Assembly (NCBI GenBank): GCA_002104905.1
Contig: MCFE01000053.1
Location: forward strand, 62,001-126,000
DNA from: Basidiobolus meristosporus CBS 931.73
Taxonomy: Eukaryota > Fungi > Basidiobolomycota
DNA length: 64,000 nt
Direction of reading: 5' to 3'
Part shown: positions 11,632 to 25,400 of the stretch, piece by piece
Layout: each line of letters opens with the position of its first letter
Numbering within the stretch: the first letter of the stretch is position 1
Program-made: the position numbers and the translations under genes
Notes under the pieces: model-generated
The model's database searches: none
Told to the model about the DNA's origin: nothing
The model's input: only the letters and a program-made list of their open reading frames with translations

Positions 11632-13835
11632 TAGTTCAGAATTTCATATTAGTAGATATTTTCTCAGAGAGGAAAGTGACTTCCAAATAAGGAAAAGCTA
11701 CTATAGAAGTAAATAAGCCCATTAGTCAACGGAAGGTCAGAACACTGCTGTAGAAGTGAGAAACACTGCCTATAGTATATTTTGAGCCTGAGACTGAGTA
11801 TATTAGTGAAAGTTATATCTTCTATTAGCATATCAAACTCCCAATAAACTAGTTCAGTATTAGCATATTGAAAGTTGTTGTATATTGATGATAAGCCTCT
11901 ACATTGTAGAACAAGCCCCAAACTAATCATACTACAACACAACAGAAGCACAGTCAGTTGAGCTGCACACCAGTGAGGTAGATGAGTTTGCAGAGAAAGG
12001 CCATTTATCTACCACAGCATTCATGTCCTCCATTACTGTTAAGTGGAGAACCAATCAACTGACAAAGCAACAACATCATGAACTCAAAAGTCATTTCAAT
12101 GCCTTCAGTGGAATCTTGGAACATTATTAGGCACACCAAGAGGATTCAGCACTTCTTCAAGAGCAGTGCCTAAGAAAATGCACTTGAATATTGCAAGTAT
12201 TTTTTGCAAAGACTGGCAGATGAGGTGCTATACCTTTCAGTGCCAGCTGAAGACCTGGATGTATGGGGACCAGTCAATGAATAGTGGCATAAAGCAATAG
12301 GGTTCCTGCTAAAGTCATGGAAACTAAGTGTCACAGCAGAAACACTTATTGAGTGGTGGATTTTAATGGATTTATTAGTTTGTGTGGTGTTGGGCTTAAT
12401 GTTAGTATAGGGTTTAGGGACTTATATAGGTCAATAAATTGGCAATTGAGGCACAACTGAGGTTTCAATGAAAAATATCCATTTGCATGCATGAAAAGTA
12501 AGAGGAACAGTTGAATCAGGAAGTAAGGATTGTGAATGAGAGGCAATAGCCAATCAATGCATGCAAACATAAGAGGTGATAGAGTATCCGGGATCAGAAA
12601 GTGAGAAAATTGGCAGAAAACTAATCATAAACCACTTTTGTATTGTTGTGATGAAAAAATTTGACCAAGTATTTATGAAATCTGGGCTGCAACTATTTTT
12701 TGACAGTCTCTACATGGTGTCCTGATGGTATAAATACATCATAGTCACAGGACTTTAAATTTGTGATGGCCTTTTGGCAGGATCATCAGAATAATTTTTC
12801 ATAGGGGCAGTTAGGAGCAGCAGCTTACAGAATAAGATCAATGGCCAGAGAAATAAGAACGTTGCTCAGAGGCTGGATGAGAGGATGGCTTGTATAAAGT
12901 AATTAGTATTGCAGGTAAAAAAAGCAGTATCTTTGCTGCAAAGAGCAAGCTCTAGTAGCATCAGGCCACAGACCAGAGTTGAGCCATTTCCAATGTAGCA
13001 GTAGAGGAAAATTGTACAGCCTTTAAAGCACAATAACAGAGCACAGATATAAAGCCTACAGAAAACATATTGCAGCATTGGAGACGGTGACTGTGATATA
13101 ATCCCAATACCAAAAACCCAGTGATATTATAGAGCTGTGAGGCCTTTGAGTGCATTGATGAAAAGTTTGCTAATATTCAAGAGGTTGTAAGATGTCTAGC
13201 ACCTCATTACCTCAAGGTTGACATACCATGCTTTATGAAAGAAACTTGGTCTCATCAGTAGATCAAATTTTTATTGGCTCTCTGGATCCCACAACAAGGC
13301 CATTGTAGTGCTGGCAGCTTAGAGTTATTGACCCTTTAAACAGTCTTCTGGCAGGATTGTCACTGCATTTTGCTGGTTTTACTGTAAAACAAAGTAATAA
13401 ACTTAACAGTGCTTAACCACTGATTTGACAAGACTTGCATGGAATTTTGATGGTCTTTATGTGGTCTAAAACTGGTCAAGCAGACCTAAACAGCCAAAAC
13501 GTCCAATTATATATGTGGCAAAAAACTTCATAGTTTTTGAATAGCATTGTAGTGGACCTCTGTTGGTATCAGAACAGCAGTAAGGTAGCCTACAGCTAGT
13601 CCTGTAGCATGCTATTATACCAATTTACAAGATAGTATTTATTTTTTTACCTCCTCTTGCACTATTTCTATATTCTACTGTAGAGTTGCCCTTCCTCATT
13701 TGCTCACTCAATACTATCAGGGGCACTTCACACATGGTTCTAATTTAAGGAACTATAGCCTACTACTTACTAACCTCTACATATGTGCACACCTGCTGCA
13801 ACTGACATACTACTATCACATTAGCTTTGCAGCTT

Positions 13836-15222
13836 GCACTCAGTATCAATCAAGCGCAAACATAACAATATATAATGGCACATTATTAACAGCTAAGAAG
13901 CAAGGGCTACTTTGAAGGTATATATAAACATACCTTTGCTTTAGCACCTGATTGATTCTCATCAAACAAGTACTCTACCAGCAAATCCTGCTGGTCATTG
14001 ATTCTCATCAATCTGAGTCTGCCACCCATTTTATGGTATCAATGATGCATCTATTGCTGTTGTGTGAGGAGTTTATGACAGGATTTCAGTGGCTATATTA
14101 CAAACATAAAGCTGAATGCTTAGATCTCTGCTGCTACTGTATCCATTCAATACTCCATCTTGCATGAAGTGTGGAGAATATTGGGCCCTACTTCACCTTT
14201 TAAGAGTTTCCTATGGAGTGGATGTGTGGGAAGATAGATAGACAAGTCAAGTTGCAGGTACTGCCATATCCCAATCTGATCAAGAATACTACCTCCAAGT
14301 CCGACTGGATGTGATGAGTAGGCACATGGAGGACAGTCAGAAAGATTTGGAAAATACAGCAGACAGACATATTCATGGTGACACCTATGCCTATGACATT
14401 AGAAAGCTAAGCAGCCCCAATGCAAGGGTAATCAGTTAAGTAATTCAAATTTGGTTTGGGTGCAACAAGCAACTAATTTTTATCAGGAAAACTATACCAA
14501 CATATGCCAGATTTCTCATGGTCACAAGCCAGCTTCTACACCATTCAATAGGGAATTCACACAAACAAAAGCCAGAGTGCACCTAAAAGAGGGACTAGAA
14601 TCCAACAGGGAGAAGGAATATATTGTCTAAATACCAAGAAGCTCTTTGCAGACATTTGGGAGGTATTTATGGTAGAAGTGGCAATAACCAAGCATATATT
14701 TGCAAGATGTATATGTTACCAGCAGTACAAGGTACATGGCAACTTTGCAAGTATCACACTAAAAAGCCGTAAAGTTGAGGTGATAGAAGTATGTCAATTG
14801 TGGCAGGTGTGTGCGTTTGTACAGGTTAGTAAGCAGGAGGCCATAGTTTTTTTTGATTTGAACTATCTGTGGAATACCCAAGGTAGTAGTGGGTAAGAAA
14901 ATAAAAGGGACTAGAATCCAGCAGGGAGAAGGGATACATTGGCTCAATACAAAGAAGTTCTTTGCAGATATTCAGGAGGTATTCATGGCAGAAGTGGCAA
15001 CAACCAAACATATGTTTGCAAGATGTATATGTTACCAGCAGTATAAGGTATATGGCAACTTTGCAAGTATTACACTGAAAGGCTGTAAAGTTGAGGTGAT
15101 AGAAGTATATCAATTGTGGCAGTTGTGCATGGTTGTAGAGCTTAGTAAGCAGGAGGCCATAGTTTTTTTTGATACAAACTATATGTGGAATACCCAAGGT
15201 AGTAGTGGGTAAGAAAATAAAG
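13836..15222 (+). pseudogene. Second, internally deleted copy of the CACTA-like transposase with a 316-bp tandem duplication
   Basis: 13836-14000 matches ~285-450; 14130-14437 matches ~1360-1667; 14591-14906 is repeated at 14907-15222. Confidence 0.75.
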
Positions 15223-15242
15223 AGGGGTGATTCTGTTGAAAT

Positions 15243-18200
15243 TGTTGCAATTTAAGAAGTGATTTGGATATAAGGGACTTATCAAGAAGTAGTGATAATA
15301 GTTGAACTGTTGTTTATTCATAAAGAAGCTCAGTATTTATACCTTTGTAGAAGTAATACAGCTGCAATACTAAGTAGGGAGGGTTTCTCAATATTCAGGA
15401 GCATTCTGTAACAGTTTCAGGGTTAGTACATAATGTTTGGTAATACTGCTAATTTGATCCTGACTATAGGGGAATAATCATAAGATCATATATCTGGAGA
15501 AAGTGGCAAAGTTAAGGCAGTAAATGAGTCCTACAGTGACTAAGACTAGCCTAGAATTGTTAAGTAAATTTTTAGCTGCTGAATGATATCAAATAGTCCA
15601 ATATTTCAACACTCCCCCTCAACTAAATAATTTCTTAATCCCAATTTCTCTCTAAGGATCTCAAACTGTGGCCTAGCTAGTGGTTTTGTCAATATGTCTG
15701 CCACCATTTTGTCAGTTGGGCAGTAAACCAGCTCCACTAAGTTATTTTCTACAGCTTCCCTCACAAAGTGATGCTGTATATCAATGTGCTTAGTTCTGGC
15801 ATGATTAGTAGGATTTTTAGCTTATGAAATATAACTTTGATTATCCTTGTAAATACATGTTGGTTCACCTGAATTAACCTAAGTCTTTGAATAATTTTTG
15901 TAGCCATATAGTCTCCTTAGTTACTTGACATGCAGCCATACATTTGGCTTCAGTTGTAGATAGTGCCACAGTTGGTTGTTTCTTGCAATTCCAAGTAATA
16001 GCTGCACCAGCATAAAGAAATACATAGCCTGTGGTAGAGCATCTGTCAATCAGATCCCTACCCCAATCTGAATCACTATAACCAGCAAATTTTTGCCTAT
16101 TAGCTGCTCCAGAGTATTCCAGTACCATATTTATGGTACCTTGTGGATCTCTGAAAATCTGCTTAACTGCTGCAATTTGATCTGATCCATAATTCTGCAT
16201 GAATTGACTGACTATTCCAACTGCCACTGCAATATCTGGACATGTAGACACCATCAAGTACATTAGGCTACCAACCATTGATTGATAGGGAAAGTTTTGG
16301 TCCATATTTGAGCCATTTTCATATATAACTGGCTGAGATTTGCTTAATTTCAGGTTATTGTCCATAGGGGTTGCTGCAGGTTTGCAATTTTCCATTTTGA
16401 AGCGTCTAAGAATGTCCCTGATGTACTTAGACTGGTTCAGCACAATTTTCTGTGCAGGTATGTCAAATTTGACCTCAATTCCAATAAAATAGCTCCATTT
16501 TCAAGATCTTTCATCTCAAACTTGCTGAAGAGATCTGATTTTGTCTGTTTAAGTGCCTCTTGATCACTTGTAGCTATAATTAGGTTGTCCACATAAAGAA
16601 CTAGGATGATCACACCCTTTGTGAGCTGTTTCACATATATACTGTGATCTGCAGTGCTACGAGAGAACCCAATTTCCTCTAGATATGTGTCAATCTTGTT
16701 ATACCATGCTCTGGGTGCCTGCTTAAGCCCATACAACAATTTTCTAAGTTTGCACACCTTATGGGGGCTTTTTGGATTGGTAACACCTTCTGGTTGCTCC
16801 ATATATATGGTTTCTTGCAAATCCCCATTGAGAAAGGCTGTTTTGACATCCATTTGGTGTAGATCTAGACTGTGTACAGCTGCCAGGGCTAGAACTGTCC
16901 TAACAGAGTTAAACTTGGCAACCGGAGCAAATGTTTCCTTAAAGTCTAGTCCCTGGATCTGGGAATAGCCTTTAGCTACCAATCTAGCCTTGTACTTATC
17001 AACGGCACCATATGAGGTTATCTTGATCTTATAGACCCATCTACATCCTATTGGCTTTCTCCCATTTGGTAAATCTACCAGTTCCCACATTTTTGCCTTG
17101 ATCAGTGATTGGTACTCCTCCTGCATGGCTTGTTGCCACTTAGTAGCATCTGGACCTTGCATTGCCTGTTCCAGATTCTGAGGTTTGGCACATAAGGCAA
17201 GATAAGCTTCTTCATGATCATTATATGTCTTCCACCAGGATCCAGGGGCATTTCTTATTCTGGTGGATCTCCTAACTGGGATAATCTGTTCTGATCTGGA
17301 ACTGGTACAAGTATCTTCCATCTCTGGCTGGATTTGGTACGTATCTTCTTCATTTGTGTTGATTGCATCATCAGGCAGCTGGCCAATGATTTCTGTGGCT
17401 TTCTGATCTGAATTCTCCTCAAGTACAACATCCCTGCTCTTGATCAGCTTCTGAATTTCGCCATCGTACACTCTATACCCTTTAGTATCTCCACAATATC
17501 CTAGAAAGATCCCTGTTCTACTCTTTGGTTCCAACTTTGAGCGTTTTTTGTCAGGGATGTGATAAAAAACATCACTGCCAAAGATCCTGAGGTGCTGGAG
17601 GTCTGGTTTTTTGCCTGTATATGCTTCAAAGGGTGTAGAATCACATAGAGCTGTTGTTAGGCATCTGTTCTTGATGTACACTGTGGTAGCAACAGATTCA
17701 GCCCAAAACCTGTAGTCCATTCCCTTATCATGTAGCATAGATCTTCCCATCTCTACTATTGTTCTATTTGCACGTTCTGCTACTCCATTTTGCTGTAGAG
17801 TATGAGGAACTGTGGTCTGTTGAAGTATACCAGTAGACAAGCAGTATTTTGCAAACTCCTTTGAGCAGTATTCTCCTCCATTGTCACTTCGTAGTACCTT
17901 CAATTTATACCCAGATTGTGTTTCTGCCATGTTCTTGAAGTGCTTAAACGTCTCTAAAGCTTCATCCTTTGTTTTGAGGAAGTACACCCATGTATATCTT
18001 GTCTTGTCATCAATAAATGTCATAAAGTATCTCTTGGCTCCAAAGGACAGTATTCTCATGGGGCCACATATGTCTGAGTGTACAATAGCCAATATTTCGG
18101 TGGTGTTGATGCCTTCTGAGCTCTTGAAACGTTGCCTAGCTTGTTTGCCATATGAACAACCCCTACAAACATTCAATTTGATTGGAATTGAGTATTTTAG

Positions 18201-19964
18201 GCCCATAACAAGCTGATTTTTCACCAATTGGCTCATTTTCAGTTCCCCTAGGTGTCCTAGCCTCCTATGGCACATCTCCCAGTTGGTTTCATCAGTTTCA
18301 GCAATGTTGACATACTCAGGTACAAAGATCTTGCATTGTAACTTGTATATATTGTGATCTCTGATTCCCAAAGCTAATTTTTGTCCATTTTCACTCAATA
18401 TTGAGCAGCTCAGCTTAGTAAAGACAAATTTCAGTCCCTGAGTAGTTGCTTTACTGACTGAGAGTAGGTTCTTGGCTATTCCAGGTACATAGAGTACGTC
18501 AGTCAGTTTTGCTGCTGTTGCCCCTGAGTTATCACTCATATTTAGTTGTATAGACCCACTGGCGGTAGCTTCCAATGCAGAGTTATCTCCCAGATAAACC
18601 TTACTTATGGGAATAGTCTTTAAGTTGCAATAAATAAACCTTACTTACGGGAATAGTCTTTAAGTTGCTGAACCAATCCTTTATACCACAAATATGCTGT
18701 GATGCTCCAGAGTCAATATACCATTCATTACTTTGGTTACTTGCACTCTCTTGTACAGTGACAAATAACTGTTCATCAGTAGTTATATGGTTTGCCTGCA
18801 CTAGTTTCTGTTTTTTGGCCGCTTGTTTCTTCTTGCATTCTCTTGCCCAGTGTCCTGGCTTCTTACAGTAGTTGCAGCAACCAGGTTTTCTTTGGTTTTG
18901 TTGCTTTCCCTTCTTTTCTGAGTGCCTTTCTGAGCTGAATAAAGCATCATCTTTGATTTTCTCTGCTTGATCATTACATCTGAGTTCTTCATGGAGAAGT
19001 CTTCCTTTGACATAGTCTAAAGTCAAATTGTCTTCTCTGCCTTCAAAGAAAGTATGAGTGGCTCATACTTGTCTGGTAGGCTGCAAAGCAGACAGAGTAT
19101 CTTTTCTTCATCATCTACACCAGCATTAATACTGTAAAGTTCTTCTTCAAGTGTCTCCATTTTGGTAATGAGTTGCAGCATGTCATCATCTGGCTTTTTT
19201 CTCATGTTGAAGAACTTTTGTTTCATATAAAGCTTGCTTGATACTGACTTTGCTCTAAAGATCTTCTCTAAGAATTCCCATGCTGCTTTGGCAGTATTTG
19301 AGGCATGGATTTGTCCAATGAAGGAGTCTTGCACATTGATGCATATTGCATTGAAGGCCTTTCTCTCCTTCTCTTGAAACTTTTCCACATCTTCTGCTGT
19401 TCCTTTGGGCTCAACTTCCTTTCCTGTTACTATGTTCCAAAGCTTTCTTTCCTCAAGGTGGATCTGCATCTTGATTCTCCAAAGTCTGTGGTTCTTCCCA
19501 TCAAACCTCTCCTTTACAGGGAAGATGTTGGTATTGCTTTGTTTGCTGGTAGAAGTCATCTTGAGAATAGATTAAGGCAATTGGGGCTCATAACCTGTAG
19601 CAACTTAAGAAGTGATCTGGATATAAGGAACCTATCAGGAAATAGTGATAATAGTGGAACTGTTGGTTATTAATAAAGAAGCTCAGTATTTATACCTTTG
19701 TAGAAGTAATACAGCTGCAATATTAAGCAGGGAGGGTTTCTCAATATTCAGGAGCATTCTGTAACAGTTTCAGGGTTAGTACATAATGTTTGGTAATACT
19801 GCTAATTTGATCCTGACTATAGGGGAATAATCATAAGAGCATATATCTGGAGAAAGTAGAGAAGTTAAGGCAGTAAATGAGTCCTACAGTGACTAAGACT
19901 AGCCTAGAATTGTTAAGTAAATTTTTAGCTGCTGAATGATACCAAATAGTCCAATATTTCAACA
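15243..19964 (-). mobile_element. Copia family-1 element A, near full length
   Basis: 369-bp LTRs 15243-15611 and 19596-19964; PBS (reverse of GGGGCTCATAACC) next to 19596; PPT CTCCCCCTCAACT at 15612; flanks AAAT / AAAT. Confidence 0.93.
15640..19559 (-). pseudogene. Copia gag-pol of element A (frameshifted)
   Basis: gag 19559-19023; CCHC CNYCKKPGHWAREC and protease WYIDSGASQH (19026-18601); GAG-pre-integrase/integrase (HSDICGP, LRSDNGGEY, QQNGVAER) and RT (MDVKTAFLNG, YGLKQAPRAW, YVDN) in 18575-16437; RNase H (YSDSDWG, STTEA) 16443-15874. Confidence 0.93.
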
Positions 19965-22482
19965 AAATGTGGAACTATTTGGAATTATTCAGCAGCTAAA
20001 AATTTACTTAACAATTCTGGACTAGTCTTGGTCACTGTGGGACTAATTTACAACTCTAACTGTGCCACTTTCTTCAGATCTATGAATTTATGATTAGTCC
20101 CTTATAGTCAGGATCAAATTAGCACTATTACCAAACATTATGCACTAACCCTGAAACTGTTACAGAATGCTCCTGAATATTGTGAAACCCTCCTTACTTA
20201 GTGTTGCAGCTGTAATACTGCTACAAAGGTATAAATACTGAGCTTCTTTATTGATAACCAACAGTTCCACTATTATCACTATTTCCTGATAAGTTCCTTA
20301 TATCCAGATCACTTCTTAAGTTGCAACAGGTTATGAGCCCCAATTGCCTTAATCTATTCCAATGATGACTTCTACCAGCAAACAGACCAACACAGATATC
20401 TTCCCTGTAAAGGAGAGGTTTGATGGAAAGAACTACAGACTTTGGAGAATCAAGATGCAGATCCACCTTAAGGAAAGGAAGCTTTAGAATATAGTGACAG
20501 GAAAAGAACTTGAGCCCTAAGGAACAGCTGAAGAGGTGGAGAAGTTTCAAGAGAAGGAGACAAAGGCCTTTAATGCCATATGTATCAATGTGCAAGATTC
20601 TTTCATTGGACAAATCCATACCTCAAATACTGCCAAAGTAGCATGGGAATCCATAAAGAAGATCTTTAGGGCAAAGTCAGTAAATTGCAAAGCCACTGAA
20701 ATTATTGGCCAGCTGCCTGATGATGCAATCAACACTAATGAAGAAGATATGTACCAAATCCAGCCAGATACAAAAGATACTCCTACCAGCTCCAGATCAG
20801 AGCAGATTATCACAGTTAAGACATTTACCAGAATAAGAAAAGCCCCTGGATCCTGGAGGCATACATCCATTGATCATGAAGAAACCTATCTTGCCTTATG
20901 TGCCAAACCTCAGAATCTGGAACAGGCAATGAAAAGTCCAGAAGCTACTATGTGAAAACAAGCCATGCAGGAGGAGTACCAATCACTGATCAAGGCAAAA
21001 ACATGGGAACTGGTAGATTTACCAAATGGGGGAAAGCCAATAGGATGTAGATGGGTCTACAAGATCAAGATAACCGCAAATGGTGCCAGTAAAAAGTGCA
21101 AGGCTAGATTGGTGACTAAAGGCTATTCCCAGATCTGGGGACTAGACTTTAAGGAAACATTTGCGCTGGTTGCCAAGCTTAACTCTATTGGGACAGTTCT
21201 AGCCCTGGCAGCTGTACACAGTCTAGTTCTACACCAAATGGACTTCAAAACAGCCATTCTAAATGGGGATTTACAAGCAACTATATATATGGAGCAACCA
21301 GAAGGTTTACACCAATCCAAAAGACCCCCATAAGGTGTGCAAACCTAGAGAATTGTTGGATGGGCTTAAGCAGGCACCTAGGGAGTGGTATAACAAGATT
21401 GACACATATCTAGAGGAAATTAGGTTCTCTTGTAGCACTGCAGATCACAGTATATATGTGAAACAGCTCACAAAGGGTGTGATCATCCTAGTTCTTTATG
21501 TGGACGACCTAATTATAGCTACAAGTGACTAAGAGGCACTTAAACAGACAAAATCAGATCTCTTCAGCAAGTTTGAGATAAAAGATTTTGGAAATTGAGC
21601 TATCTTCTGGGAATCCAGGTCAAATTTGACATACCTACTCATGAAATTGTGCTGAATCAATCTAAGTACATCAGGGACATTCTTAGATGCTTCAAAATGG
21701 AAAATTGCAAACCTGCAGCTACCCCTATGGACAATAACCCAAAATTAAGCAAATCTCAGCCAGTTAGAGATGAAAACAGCTTAAATATGGACCAAAGCTT
21801 CCTCTATCAATCAATGGTTGGTAGCCTAATGTACTTGATGGTGTCTACATGTCCAGATATTGTGGTGGCAGTTGGAATAGTCAGTCAATTCATGCAGAAT
21901 TATGGATCAGATCAAATGGCAGCAGTTAGATGGATTTTCAGATATCTACAAGATATCATACATATGGTATTGAAATATTTGGGAGCAGCTAATAGGCAAA
22001 AAGTTAATGGTTACATTGATTCATATAGGGGAAGGGATCTGATTGACAGATGCTCTACCATAGGCTATGTATTTTTTTATGCTGGTGCAGCTATTACTTG
22101 GAATTGCAAGAAACAACCAACTGTGGCGCTATCTACAACTTAAGCCAAATGTATGGCTGCATGTCAAGCAACTAAGGAGGCTATATGGCTACAAAGATTA
22201 TTTAAAGACTTAGGTTTTAATTCAGATGAGCCAACATGTATTTACAAGGATAATCAAAGTTGTATTTCATAAGCTAAAAATCCTACTAATCATGCCAGAA
22301 CTAAGCACATTGATACACAGCATCACTTTGTGAGAGAAGCTGTAGAAAATAACTTAGTAGAGTTAGTGTACTGCCCAACTAACAAAAAGGTGGCAGATAT
22401 ATTGACTAAACCACTAGCTAGGCCTCAATTTGAGAATCTCAGGGAGGAATTAGGGTTAAGAAATTATTTAGTTGAGGGGGAG

Positions 22483-25400
22483 TGCTGAAATATTGGACTA
22501 TTTGGTATCATTCTGCAGCTAAGAATTTACTTGATAATTCTGGACTAGTCTTGGTCACTGTGAGGCTAATTTACAGCTCTAACTTTGCCACTTTCTTCAG
22601 ATCTATGATCTTATGATTATTCCACTATGGTCAGGATCAAATCAGCGCTAATACTAGCTATTATGTACTAACACTGAAACTGTTACAGAATGCTCCTGAA
22701 TATTGAGAAACCCTCATTACTTAATGTTACAGCTGTACTACTTCACAATGGTATAAATACTCAGCTTCTTTGTTAATAAACAACAGTTCAACTATTATCA
22801 CTATTTCCTGATAAGTTCCTTATATCCAGATCACTTCTTAAATTGCAATAGGTTATGAGCCCCAATTGCCTTAATCTATTCAAAAGATGACTTCTACCAG
22901 CAAACAGACCAACACAGGTATCTTCCCTGTAAAGGAGAGGTTTGATGGAGAGAACTACAGACTTTGGAGAATCAAGATGCAGATCCACCTAAAGGAAAGG
23001 AAGCTTTAGAATGTAGTAACAGGAAAAGAACTTGAGCTCAAAGGAACAGCTGAAGAGGTGGAGAAGTTTCAAGAGAAGGAGACAAAGGCCTTTAATGCCA
23101 TATGTATCAATGTGCAAGATTCCTTCATTGGACAAATCCATGCCTCAAATACTGCCAAAGTAGCATGGGAATCCATAAAGAAGATCTTTAGGGCAAAGTC
23201 AGTATCAAGCAAGCTGTATTTGAAACAAAAGTTCTTCAACATGAGGAAGAAGCCAGATGATGACATGCTGCAACTCATTACCAAAATGGAGACACTTGAA
23301 GAAGAACTTTACAGTATTAATGCTGGTGTAGATGATGAAGAAAAGATACTCTGTCTGCTTTGCAGCCTACCAGACAAGTATGAGCCACTCATACTTTCTT
23401 TTGAAAGCAGAGAAGACAATTTGACTTTAGACTATGTCAAAGGAAGACTTCTCCATGAAGAACCCAGATGTAATGATCAAGCAGAGAAAATCAAAGATGA
23501 TGCTTTATTCAGCTCAGAAAGGCACTCACAAAAGAAGGGAAAGCAACAAAACCAAAGAAAACCTGGTTGCTGCAACTATTGTAAAAAGCCAGGACACTGG
23601 ACAAGAGAATGCAAGAAGAAACAAGCAGACAAAAAACAGAAACTAGTGCAGGCAAACCATATAACTACTGATGAACAGTTATTTGTCACTGTACAAGAGA
23701 GTGCAAGTAACCAAAGTAATGAATGGTATATTGATTCTGGAGCATCACAACATATTTGTGGTATAAAGGAGTGGTTCAGCAATTTAAAGACTATTCCTGT
23801 ATGAAAAGTTTATCTGGGAGATGACTCTGCTGTGGAAGCTACTTCCAGTGGGTCTATACAACTAAATATGAGTGATAGCTCAGGGGCAAGTACAGAAAGA
23901 CTCACTGACGTACTCTATGTACCTGAGATAGCTAAGAACCTACTCTCAGTCAGTAAAGCAAGTGCTCAGAGACTGAAATTTGTTTTTACTAAGATGAGCT
24001 GCTCAATACTGAGTGAGAATGGACAATGATTAGCTTTGGGAATCAGAGATCACAATATATACAAGCTACAATGCAAGATCATTGTAGCTGAATATGTCAA
24101 TATTGATGAAACTGTTGAAACCAACTGGGAGACAATGCATAGGAGGCTAGGACACATTGAGGAACTGAAAATGAGCCAATTGGTGAAAAATCAGCTTGTT
24201 TGAGGACTTAAACACTCAGTTTGGATCAAATTGGATGTTTGTAAGGGATGTTCATATGGCAAACAAGCTAAGCAACATTTCAAGAGCTCCGAAGGCATCA
24301 ATACCACTAAAGTATTGGCTATTGTACACTCAGACATATGTAGCCCTGTGAGAACACTGTCCTTTGGAGCCAAGAGATAATTTATGATGTTTATTGGTGA
24401 CAAAACAAGATATACATGGGTGTACTTCTTCAAAACAAAGGATGAAGCTTTAGAGATGTTTAAGCACTTCAAGAACATGGCAGAAACACAAACTGGGTGT
24501 AAATTGAAGGTACTACAAAGTGACAATGGAGGAGAATACTGCTCAATGGAGTTTGCAAAATACTGCTCTTCTACTGGTATACTTCAACAGACCGCAGTTC
24601 CTCATACTCCACAGCAAAATGGAGTAGCAGAACGTGCAAATAGAACAATAGTAGAGATGGGAAGATCTATGCTACATGATAAGTGAATGGACTACAAGTT
24701 CTGGGCTGAATCTGTTGCTACCGCAGTATACATCAAGAACAGACACCCAACAACAGCACTATTTGATTCTACACCCTTTGAAGCATATACAGGCAAAAAA
24801 CCTGATCTCCAGTACCTTAAGATCTTTGGCAGTGATGTTTTTTATCACATCCCTGACAAAAAACGCTCAAAGTTAGAACCAAAGAGTAGGAAAGGGATCT
24901 TTCTTGGGTATTGTGAGGATACTAAAGGATATAGAGTGTATGATGGCAAAATTCAGAAGCTGATCAAGAGCAGGGATGTTGTATTTGAGGAGAATTCAGA
25001 TCAGAAAGCCACAGAAATCATTGGCCAGCTGCCTGATGATGCAATCAACACTAATGAAGAAGATACATTGTGGTGGTGGATAGGTCCAATGGAGAGATAC
25101 ACCAACACTTCTCAAGTGTTTTGTTTGTGGGGTGCTCACTGGGTGCAATAACCTCTATCAAAAGCTTGCTAGGAATACTTGGGTTCTGTCTCTAATCTAA
25201 TGTGAAGGGGAATAAAGCCACAAGCTTGTCAAGGGAAAACTATTGAGCTACAATCCCCAACTTAGTTGGCATCTTAACAAAAGTATGTGCTGGGTTCAGC
25301 ATCCTTTGAGATGACAATGTACTAAAGCTTCCAAAGTCAAAACAATTGTAAACTCCACCAGCAGGGACTTGATAAGAATGCAGCTGTGGTCAATAGTTGC

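Larger units (their letters stand above)
15234..22850 (+). mobile_element. Copia family-1 element B (internally deleted); its 5' LTR is split by element A
   Basis: 5' LTR = 15234-15242 + 19965-20328; PBS GGTTATGAGCCCC at 20329. gag is fused to the post-integrase region near 20672. RT/RNaseH fragments (ORFs 20965-22143), PPT AGTTGAGGGGGAG, LTR 22483-22850. Confidence 0.85.

Noticed and set aside
11760-13400. Possible hAT or other transposase fragments on the minus strand
   Set aside because: Only faint residue patterns and no convincing catalytic or dimerisation motif.
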